Below are positions 9,457 through 17,263 of a DNA stretch of 17,515 bases, in pieces. The DNA is taken from positions 1 to 17,515 of the forward strand of contig JBIIGV010000063.1 in NCBI GenBank assembly GCA_044236265.1, written 5' to 3'. The notes beneath the pieces are model-generated. The model was not told the origin of the DNA. It saw only the letters and a list, made by a program, of their open reading frames with translations, and ran no database searches. The stretch is from Oligoflexales bacterium (GTDB lineage: Bacteria > Bdellovibrionota_B > Oligoflexia > Oligoflexales > RGVZ01). Both the position numbers and the translations under genes were made by a program. Positions within the stretch are counted from its first letter, which is position 1, and the number at the start of each line of letters is the position of its first letter.

Positions 9457-9498
9457 TTCGAGTGGCAAGAAACTCAGGGAACAGAGAGCAGGTTTTAA

Positions 9499-10389
9499 AT
9501 GAATCAAAAACGCTTACGCTTCTGGTTGATGGTCGCCGCCGTTTTCATCGCGCCTCTGATGTTTTTTTCCACCCAGTTTACACCTTGGACTGAGGGCACA
9601 GCCTCCCGCACCGCCTCTCTAGTTCAAGACGTGTCATATCCATTTGCGTGGGCGTGGCACGAATTATCGACGGGGATTGAAAATGCGTGGGAACGTTATT
9701 TTGACCTTTCTGGCAAGTCGAAGCAAAACTTTGAATTGAAGAGAGATGTAACAGAGCTTCGAACTCGCCTGTTGGACTACGATGAGCGGCTAAACGAAGT
9801 CAATCGCCTACGGCAGCTACTTGGATTCACCCAGTCAATTCCGGATAAGTTTGTTGCTGCAGAAGTTTTTACGGGACAACGCTCGTTGCCGTTCAAAACA
9901 ATTCGTATTGCCAAAGGCAGCATGGATGGCATCAAAGTTGGCATGCCAGTTGTCTCCTCAAATGGAATTGTCGGCAAAGTCATTCGTGCCGGTTTTAAGT
10001 TTTCAGATGTGCAACTGATTGTGGACTACGACTCAAATGTTGACGTACTCGTGCAGCGCAACAGAATCCGCGGTGTTTTGGGTGGCTATGCCAACGAAAG
10101 CTGCCGTCTCACACTTCAGCGCAGTGCCGAAGTTCGAATTGGCGATACCCTTGTCACCTCAGGAATTGTTGGCAGCTTTCCTAAAGGCCTTCCGGTCGGC
10201 AAAGTCATTCGAATTAGCTTTGAAACGGACAACGTCAGTCAGGTGATTACCGTCGAGCCATGGGTCGATCATAGAAGGCTTGAAGAGGTTATCGTTCTGC
10301 TGCGCGATGATCCGGAGCTTTCACGCATTGCCGAGGCCGGTGGTGCTGACTGGATCGAAACGTCGACCAACCCGGCTGCGGGTGGATAA
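9499..10389 (+). CDS. mreC: Rod shape-determining protein MreC
   Basis: 296 aa. N-terminal TM, coiled coil (NFELKRDV...EVNRLRQLL), and beta domain with AKGSMDGIKVGMPVVSSNGIVGKV and IGDTLVTSGIVGSFPKGLPVGKV. Lies directly after mreB. Confidence 0.96.
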   Translation: MNQKRLRFWLMVAAVFIAPLMFFSTQFTPWTEGTASRTASLVQDVSYPFAWAWHELSTGIENAWERYFDLSGKSKQNFELKRDVTELRTRLLDYDERLNEVNRLRQLLGFTQSIPDKFVAAEVFTGQRSLPFKTIRIAKGSMDGIKVGMPVVSSNGIVGKVIRAGFKFSDVQLIVDYDSNVDVLVQRNRIRGVLGGYANESCRLTLQRSAEVRIGDTLVTSGIVGSFPKGLPVGKVIRISFETDNVSQVITVEPWVDHRRLEEVIVLLRDDPELSRIAEAGGADWIETSTNPAAGG

Positions 10390-10410
10390 ATATAGAAAGG
10401 CAAGTCTCTC

Positions 10411-10989
10411 TTGAATCTTGAGTTTGCACTAGAACAGCCAAACTTCACTGGGGCCGATGATCAGCGCCGCGGATGGTGGCCTATGCGACCTCACACAGGA
10501 GTTTTTTGGGCGGACATGCTTTGGGTCGTCGTCGTTGCTGCACTAGATACTCACATTATTCCCTCGCTAACCTCTGGCTCTTTGCCTTTCATGCTGATGA
10601 CGCCGTGGTTGGTGGTGACATTTGTTGTTGCGCCCATGCACACGGCTTTTTTTGCACTGTTACTTGGAGGCTTGGCCATAGAGACAAGCTCTGGAGCCCC
10701 CCGCGGAATGTATCTAACTGCTTATTGGGTTATCTTTGCAACACTCGCGTTGTGCCGAAAAACATTGTCATGGCGTCACGCTGTGCCCTGGCTCGTTACT
10801 TTTTTCTTCTCGTCATTTTTCATTTCAAACTTTGAAAATGCGCTCATTTTTATTCGGAAAAATCCAGAGCAACTGGACTTCTTCCACTTCGCAAAACAAG
10901 TCGTCCGTGTCACTCTCTCAGTTGTTGTTGGCATGGCACTAGCTCAACCATGGATGGCAAGGTTTAAAGGGGAGAGCCCCTCCCTATGA
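10411..10989 (+). CDS. mreD: Probable rod shape-determining protein MreD (divergent polytopic membrane protein); start uncertain
   Basis: About five hydrophobic segments, with ALLLGGLAIETSSGAPRGMY matching the MreD 'G..D...G...G' pattern. It occupies the position between mreC and mrdA, and its stop overlaps the mrdA start (ATGA). TTG 10411 and ATG 10483 are both possible starts. The call rests mainly on synteny. Confidence 0.72.
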   Translation: MNLEFALEQPNFTGADDQRRGWWPMRPHTGVFWADMLWVVVVAALDTHIIPSLTSGSLPFMLMTPWLVVTFVVAPMHTAFFALLLGGLAIETSSGAPRGMYLTAYWVIFATLALCRKTLSWRHAVPWLVTFFFSSFFISNFENALIFIRKNPEQLDFFHFAKQVVRVTLSVVVGMALAQPWMARFKGESPSL

Positions 10990-12908
10990 AAAAAATCTTT
11001 CGTTCATCGCAGTTTCTGGTCGAGAGCCGTTTTTTCATAGCGAGCATCGTGATCGTTGGGGCCATTCTTATTTTGTGGCTTCGAGTCTGGCATCTGCAGA
11101 TCTACCGTGGAGACTACTATCGCAGAGTTTCCGAAAATAACCGCATTCGAAAAATTGAAATACCTGCGCCACGGGGTATCCTTTTTGACGCGCATGGCAA
11201 GGTCCTGCTGGGAAATACCCCGAGCTCCGACCTCATTGTGGTTCCTCAGTATATAAAAGACCGGGAAAAAACCTTCGACATTTTAGCGCGCTTGCTTCAC
11301 CAGCCTAAAGAGCTGTACGAGCGAAAATTCAAAGCCGCACGCGCACAACCCAGATTCATGCCCATCACGATGCAGCGCAACCTGAGTCAGCATGAGGTCT
11401 CGATTATTGAGTCAAACAGACCATTTCTTCCCGGCGTTGAGATTCGAACCACGGCTCGTCGTGAGTACAACAAAGACATATCGCCTCACATGCTGGGCTA
11501 CCTTGGCGAAGTTAATCCAACCCAGATTGATGATCTCAACGCAAAAAACCGCGACAATCCATACATGATTGGCGATCTTGTCGGCAAACAAGGACTGGAA
11601 GCGCGACTTGAAAAATACATCCGCGGGCATCGTGGATATAAAGTCATTCAAGTGGACGCATTCGGACGCGCCTCAAACCCCTCCAAACAAGACTGGGTTC
11701 TTCCAATGGTTCCGGCACACCCTGGTGCTAACGTGGAGTTGACCATCGACCTTGAACTACAGGAGTCAGTCGGCCAGGCATTTAGCGGTAAAAATGGAGC
11801 AGTGATTGTCATGGATCCACGTTCGGGTGCAATCCTTGCCATGACAAGTCAACCAAGCTGGGATCCATACATGTATCAGAGGGGTATGACGGTCGAAGAG
11901 TTCCGCGCGCTCACTTTGGATCCTCTCCACCCATTTATGGATAAAACCACTGGCGGCGAATACCCTCCGGGCTCAACGTATAAAGCGGTCGTTGCCCTGG
12001 CTGGACTTCAAGAGAAAGCTATCAACTCCTCCAAGTCATATTACTGTGGTGGTTCGTTTTCTTTAGGTACTCAGACATTTGGTTGTCATAAAAAAGAAGG
12101 ACACGGATGGGTCAATCTGCGATCTGCTTTGATGCAATCGTGTGACGTCTATTTCTATCACTTGGGCATTGAACTTGGAGTTGATCGCATCGCAAAGTAC
12201 GCCCGCGCCCTGGGTCTTGGCTCGAAGCTTGGTCTTGAACTCAATATGGAGCGTCCGGGACTCGTGCCAACAGAGGGCTGGAAGCTTGCAACGCACAAAG
12301 AAGCCTGGGCCACAGGTGAAACGCCACCCATTGCCATCGGGCAAGGTTACAACCTTGTAACCCCTCTACAGATGGCAAGCCTTTATGGCGCCATTGCCAC
12401 CAAGGGACAGATCTGGAAACCTTATCTCATCAAACGAATTTCGAGCCCTGTCGGTCAATTGATTGAGGAGCGACAGCCGCAACTCATACGCACCACTGAT
12501 GTCATCTCGCCAAGTAATTATGAGCTTGTTCGACAAGGACTCGAGGCAGTTGTTATGGACGAGGAAGGCACGGGGAAAAAGGCAAGGGTTCCTGGAGTCA
12601 CCGTAGCCGGCAAAACAGGCTCGGTGCAGGTGGTAAACCTTAAGAAAAACAAAAATCAAACAGACGTATCCATTCTCTGGAAAGAGCACGCGATGTTTGC
12701 AAGCTTTGCACCATCAGAGGACCCTGAAGTTGTCGTAGCAGTTATTAGCGAGCACGACGACAAGGGCGGCGGGGGCGCGTCGGCAGCACCTATTGCTGGG
12801 CAAATTCTAAATACTTTTTTCAAATTGAAAAATAGGCGCGCCAATCTCGCAAGCGGTGCAAATACACAACCAAATCCTGGCCCTGCAAAGGAAAAAACCT
12901 ATGAGTGA
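10986..12908 (+). CDS. mrdA: Penicillin-binding protein 2 (class B transpeptidase)
   Basis: 640 aa. N-terminal TM, SENNRIR...PAPRGILFD, HMLGYLGEV, GKQGLE and LTID. Catalytic motifs S330TYK (PPGSTYK), SCD (SxN equivalent) and K543TG. SD AAGGGGAG upstream. Confidence 0.97.
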   Translation: MKKIFRSSQFLVESRFFIASIVIVGAILILWLRVWHLQIYRGDYYRRVSENNRIRKIEIPAPRGILFDAHGKVLLGNTPSSDLIVVPQYIKDREKTFDILARLLHQPKELYERKFKAARAQPRFMPITMQRNLSQHEVSIIESNRPFLPGVEIRTTARREYNKDISPHMLGYLGEVNPTQIDDLNAKNRDNPYMIGDLVGKQGLEARLEKYIRGHRGYKVIQVDAFGRASNPSKQDWVLPMVPAHPGANVELTIDLELQESVGQAFSGKNGAVIVMDPRSGAILAMTSQPSWDPYMYQRGMTVEEFRALTLDPLHPFMDKTTGGEYPPGSTYKAVVALAGLQEKAINSSKSYYCGGSFSLGTQTFGCHKKEGHGWVNLRSALMQSCDVYFYHLGIELGVDRIAKYARALGLGSKLGLELNMERPGLVPTEGWKLATHKEAWATGETPPIAIGQGYNLVTPLQMASLYGAIATKGQIWKPYLIKRISSPVGQLIEERQPQLIRTTDVISPSNYELVRQGLEAVVMDEEGTGKKARVPGVTVAGKTGSVQVVNLKKNKNQTDVSILWKEHAMFASFAPSEDPEVVVAVISEHDDKGGGGASAAPIAGQILNTFFKLKNRRANLASGANTQPNPGPAKEKTYE

Positions 12909-14112
12909 GGTCACTGATAAGTTAAATCACTCGCCAGCCATGGTCAGTGAACCCGTTCTTCTTGTACCCGGCCAAGAGATCCGCGAACCGCGTCTTCTTT
13001 GGTCTCGGGTGATCATCGGTATCATGTTTGCTCTGATCATCATGGGCATGACTAATTTATACAGTGCAGCCATGGGAACCGGACTTTTCTGGTCCCAGCT
13101 TAAAAACCTCGCCATAGCTTTGATCGCTTTTTTTGTTTGTGGCTGGGTCATCCCACCAAGACACTACAATACTTACGCGTACTGGATTTTTGGCCTGGTA
13201 TGCATGTTACTCATCTTGGTTGATATTATGGGCGGCATCGCCATGGGAGCGCAACGCTGGCTAAAAATCGGTCCCATCGTCTTTCAGCCTTCCGAATTAG
13301 CAAAGGTGGCTGTTGCTATGGTCGTGGCCAAATTCTTTCACACGTCAAGGCTTTCAAGACCCTACAGCCTTCGCGATCTTTTTCCACTGGGTGCCATTAT
13401 TGGCGCTGCGTTCGTATTGATCTTTGCTCAGCCTGACTTTGGGACTGCAGGCGTCTGCGCACTGATCGCCGCTTGTCAGCTCGCATTCGTGCGCGTGAAT
13501 GGCAAAAGCTTGGGAATCGTCATTGTGACGATGCTCGTACTGCTCGTCATTGCTTGGTTTTTTGTTCTGCACGACTATCAGAAGCTTCGGGTTCTAAACC
13601 TCATTTACCCAGAAATGGACCGCAGTGGAACAGGGTACAACGCATTGCAGAGTTTTATCGCCATTGGTAGCGGCAAGTTCTTCGGAAAAGGATTTCTGGA
13701 AGGAACTCAGACGCAGCTCCAGTTTCTACCGGCTAGACACACAGACTTTATCTTTGCTGTTTTTGCTGAAGAGCATGGGTTTTTAGGAGCTACCATCCTG
13801 TTTGGGCTTTTTGTAACGCTCGTCTATATGGGGCTAGCGATTGCGAAACAGGGAAAGGATATTTTTTCATCCATGCTAGCCATCGGCATGACCGCCATCA
13901 TTTTCGTCTCGTTCATGATTAATACATCGATGGTGCTTGGCTTATTCCCAGTTGTGGGAGTTCCGTTGCCATTCTTCTCATACGGAGGGACGGCTATGAT
14001 CATGTTCTGCTCAAGTCTTGGAATCTTGATTGGAATTGAGCGTGATAGTCTTGATCTATTCAGAAAGACACATCCATTCAATATTGGTAGCAACGGTAAA
14101 GCGATCAAGTAA
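12901..14112 (+). CDS. rodA: SEDS peptidoglycan glycosyltransferase RodA
   Basis: Motifs GAQRWL, FQPSELAK, QPDFGTA, YQKLRV, GYNALQSFIAIGSG, FLPARHTDFIF..FAEEHGF and PVVGVPLPFFSYGG. Start set at ATG 12901 (SD AAGGA; 8-bp overlap ATGAGTGA with the mrdA stop) rather than GTG 12856, giving 403 aa. Confidence 0.97.
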   Translation: MSEVTDKLNHSPAMVSEPVLLVPGQEIREPRLLWSRVIIGIMFALIIMGMTNLYSAAMGTGLFWSQLKNLAIALIAFFVCGWVIPPRHYNTYAYWIFGLVCMLLILVDIMGGIAMGAQRWLKIGPIVFQPSELAKVAVAMVVAKFFHTSRLSRPYSLRDLFPLGAIIGAAFVLIFAQPDFGTAGVCALIAACQLAFVRVNGKSLGIVIVTMLVLLVIAWFFVLHDYQKLRVLNLIYPEMDRSGTGYNALQSFIAIGSGKFFGKGFLEGTQTQLQFLPARHTDFIFAVFAEEHGFLGATILFGLFVTLVYMGLAIAKQGKDIFSSMLAIGMTAIIFVSFMINTSMVLGLFPVVGVPLPFFSYGGTAMIMFCSSLGILIGIERDSLDLFRKTHPFNIGSNGKAIK

Positions 14113-14132
14113 CTGTCAGAGTTTTAAAATTC

Positions 14133-16031
14133 ATGAGCATCTGGTATCGCCGCATTATATCTCTCTTGCTTGCCTATTTTGTACAACGGCTGCTTTTTAT
14201 CGGATTTAATTTCAAAGCACTGGCAGCAATTGACGGTTTAAGGCTGGTCTCTGCGTTCTTTGACGGACTTCGCTTTGACCTCTGCATCATTGCAACCGTC
14301 AATATTCCACTTTTTGCCATCCATGCACTTCGTGGTTTACCGATGCTATCTCGACACCCCAAATGGCTCGACCATGCTGTCAGTTTATTATTCGTATTAA
14401 CCAATGTTCCACTCATTGTTTTCGGGGTCGTTGATAGTCATTTGGTCAGTTTTACGGGACGGCGGATCAGTCCCGCAATCTTCGAAATTGGCGGCGATAT
14501 CCGAGATCAATCTATCGGCATCATGTTGCAATTTTGGTGGATCACAATACCTACCGTCGCCCTGATTCTCATCTTCGCCTGGTACACCTGGCAGAAAGAT
14601 CACTCTAGGAGTACTTACAATTGGAGCTTTCTGCAAAACACATGGCCAAAATCTGCAGGATTTGTACTGATTGGACTTTTATTGATCCGAGGTGGCTGGC
14701 AGACCAAACCGCTAGCTCCGGCACACGCATTTAACTGGCAGCCAACCGTTTTAGCTAATATGGTTTTAAACTCTGGCATGACGGTTCTCCGCACGCCAAA
14801 GTCTGTCGCTGTGAAACGATACGATGACTTTCAGGATGTAAATGAGATCAGGCGCACCCTGAATCCTCGTCTCGAGGGGAGGACTCCTAGTGGTATTGCT
14901 CGCGGCAAAAATGTGGTGATACTTATCGTAGAAAGCCTGGCCACTGAATATGTCGGTTTTCTAAACCACGGAAAAGGCTACACCCCCTTTATTGATGAAT
15001 TATCCAAAAAATCTATTTATTTCGAACATTCGTATGCTAACGGTCGTCGAAGTATAGATGCCATGCCCGCCATCTTTTCCGGGGTCCCTGCATGGCGAGA
15101 TCAGCCCTTTGTCACCTCTCCGTACGCCGCAAATGAGACAGTGCCACTTCCAAAGACTCTGCATGAGCTAGGCTACGCGACATTGTTTTTTCATGGCGCC
15201 GCCAATGGCAGCATGCACTTTGACGTGTTTTCGCGAATCGCAGGATTTGAAAAGTATATTGGAGAAAATGAATACCCTAACGGTAACGATCATGATGGGC
15301 AGTGGGGAATCTTTGACGAGCCATTTTTAAAATTTGCAGTGGAGGAGTTAAACGCTGCAAAAGCTCCGTTTTTTGCAGGAATCTTCACGCTCACGTCACA
15401 CAACCCCTTTAAGATCCCGGAGAAATATTCAGGACGATTCCCAACTGGTTCACTACCTATTCATCAGGCCATCGGATACGCTGACTTTTCGCTTTCCGAA
15501 TTTTTCAAAGCAGCCCAAAGTCAGCCATGGTTTCTTGATACGATCTTTGTGATCACGGGAGACCACACATCTTTGTCTGACAACCCCGAATTTGACAGTA
15601 TGCCGGGACGCTTTCGGGTTCCCATCATCTTCTACGATCCAACAAATAGTCTTCCAAAAATCAGCCCCCAAAAAGTTGCTAGTCACATAGACATTAAACC
15701 AACAATTATGGACTTACTCGGAGTCGATCCATCAAAATTTGGACCATTTGGCGGCCCACTATTTGCTAATGACTGGCCTGGACGCACCATTCAATCAGAG
15801 TGGGATACGTGGTACTACCGCGACGGCAACGTCCAGTTGACAATTGACCCAAGCAATAGAGCCTCGGTGTTTAGCATTATAGATACGCGTCTCAAAACAG
15901 CCGAAATGCCTACGCCTGCATTTGATCAGCAGATTATGACGCTAAAGGCCGCACGTCAGTATTTTTCAAATGGTTTATTGGATAACAACTGGTATCCCAC
16001 GGCAAGCAATCAGGTTGGAATTCGTCACTGA
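14133..16031 (+). CDS. LTA-synthase-family (LtaS/OpgB-like, alkaline phosphatase superfamily) membrane phospho-headgroup transferase
   Basis: 632 aa. About five N-terminal TM segments (GLRFD and IRGG motifs) precede a soluble sulfatase-fold domain: NVVILIVE267S, NGRRS307IDA, FFH354G, WGIFDE, TLTSH423NPF, YAD, TGD477H478, VPIIFY and SHIDIKPTI. Confidence 0.88.
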   Translation: MSIWYRRIISLLLAYFVQRLLFIGFNFKALAAIDGLRLVSAFFDGLRFDLCIIATVNIPLFAIHALRGLPMLSRHPKWLDHAVSLLFVLTNVPLIVFGVVDSHLVSFTGRRISPAIFEIGGDIRDQSIGIMLQFWWITIPTVALILIFAWYTWQKDHSRSTYNWSFLQNTWPKSAGFVLIGLLLIRGGWQTKPLAPAHAFNWQPTVLANMVLNSGMTVLRTPKSVAVKRYDDFQDVNEIRRTLNPRLEGRTPSGIARGKNVVILIVESLATEYVGFLNHGKGYTPFIDELSKKSIYFEHSYANGRRSIDAMPAIFSGVPAWRDQPFVTSPYAANETVPLPKTLHELGYATLFFHGAANGSMHFDVFSRIAGFEKYIGENEYPNGNDHDGQWGIFDEPFLKFAVEELNAAKAPFFAGIFTLTSHNPFKIPEKYSGRFPTGSLPIHQAIGYADFSLSEFFKAAQSQPWFLDTIFVITGDHTSLSDNPEFDSMPGRFRVPIIFYDPTNSLPKISPQKVASHIDIKPTIMDLLGVDPSKFGPFGGPLFANDWPGRTIQSEWDTWYYRDGNVQLTIDPSNRASVFSIIDTRLKTAEMPTPAFDQQIMTLKAARQYFSNGLLDNNWYPTASNQVGIRH

Positions 16032-16041
16032 TGACTCTGCC

Positions 16042-17253
16042 CTAACGTTGAAGCTTTAAAACCTGACCGTAACGCGAATAAATCCCAATTGTCATCGTCA
16101 AAAAAGTCACCGCAGAAACGAGCACGGCGGTTGGTTCAGAAAATCTCTCCGCTAGCTGTCCAATGATGAGTCCACCAACAGGTAGTAATCCGAAAAACGT
16201 CAAACTGAAGATACTCGCCACACGTCCACGCAGGCGATCCTCAACCTCTGAATGAAGAATACTGTTCGAAAGATTCAGAGTCATAATTTGAGCTGCACCA
16301 AGTAAAGCGACGAAACAGACTGATAAAGGCAGAGTTTTCGCAAAGGAAAATCCCAATAAAGCAAGAGGCAGAAGGCCTGCACTTGCGTTAATAAGTCGTC
16401 CACGTGCGAGCGTCGAAGCAAAATAGGCAACCGTGACAGCAGCAACGACGGCACCAATCCCGCGACTTGCCTGCAAATAGCCTGCAACACGCGCATCACC
16501 ATGAAGCTGCTCAACTGCCCACGCCGGAAAAATAGTGACAACAGATACTCCAAAAAGACTCAGTGCTGCTGCCATCGCCACTAATGCCCCGATAATGGGA
16601 TGATTCTTGACGTAATCAACTCCCTCTTTCATCTGCCCAAGCAATGAACCCTGCAAGGAGTGTTTAACTGCGCCTTGCGACTGAATCTTGAATAAAGCAA
16701 CTAAGACAGCCACAAAAGATAACGCATTGATTCCAAAACACCACACGGGCCCATAGAGGACATAGATGATACCAGCTAAAGCTGGTCCGATGGTTGCACC
16801 GGTATTAAAAAGCGTCGCATTTAGCGCAAAGGCATTGGTCAAATCCTTGCGGTCAACCAATTCGCTGGCGAGGGACTGCCTCGCCGGTGCATCGAAACTG
16901 TTGGCTGCGCCCTGAAGCGCAGACAAGACGAGTAAATGCCAGGGCAGTAATAGTTGAAAGTATGTTAAGGCAACCATGACAACGGCCAGGATCATCATAA
17001 ATACCTGGCTATAAATCAAAACGCGGCGCCTGGAAAAACGATCAACCACAGCCCCCGCCACAAGCATTAACGCCCATGATGGTGCGCCATTAGCAAATGC
17101 CAGCCAACCCAGGAATGCCGGAGACTTGGTCATTTCAAATGCGAGGTAGGCCTGGGCCGTGGTCTGCATCCACGTCCCAGCTAGTGATATAAGCTGCCCA
17201 AAAAACCACAGCCGATAATTTCGATACTGCAACGATGCAAAAGCAGGATTCAA
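16042..17253 (-). CDS. MFS transporter (MFS_3/DUF894-like, 12 TM)
   Basis: 403 aa. Motifs RNYRLWFFGQLISLAGTWMQ, motif A GAVVDRFSRRR, FDAPARQS, LTNAFALN..FN.G..IGPALAG and DRLRGRVAS. TTG start at 17253 with SD GGAG at 17259-17262. Confidence 0.92.
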   Translation of the reverse strand: MNPAFASLQYRNYRLWFFGQLISLAGTWMQTTAQAYLAFEMTKSPAFLGWLAFANGAPSWALMLVAGAVVDRFSRRRVLIYSQVFMMILAVVMVALTYFQLLLPWHLLVLSALQGAANSFDAPARQSLASELVDRKDLTNAFALNATLFNTGATIGPALAGIIYVLYGPVWCFGINALSFVAVLVALFKIQSQGAVKHSLQGSLLGQMKEGVDYVKNHPIIGALVAMAAALSLFGVSVVTIFPAWAVEQLHGDARVAGYLQASRGIGAVVAAVTVAYFASTLARGRLINASAGLLPLALLGFSFAKTLPLSVCFVALLGAAQIMTLNLSNSILHSEVEDRLRGRVASIFSLTFFGLLPVGGLIIGQLAERFSEPTAVLVSAVTFLTMTIGIYSRYGQVLKLQR

Positions 17254-17263
17254 TCAGACTCCA

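Noticed and set aside
10473..10835. 120-aa alternative-frame ORF inside mreD
   Set aside because: Cys/His/Arg-rich translation typical of a shifted frame of a hydrophobic gene; the mreD frame explains the region.
12856..12900. Track's upstream starts for rodA (12856), and likewise mreB (8337), ppiD (8119) and nadK (5333)
   Set aside because: Downstream in-frame ATGs have SD sequences or start/stop coupling and give family-typical N-termini.
14125..14130. TAAAAT as a -10 for a leaderless LtaS-like transcript
   Set aside because: Only 2 nt from the ATG, too close for transcription to start at or before the start codon; no matching -35.
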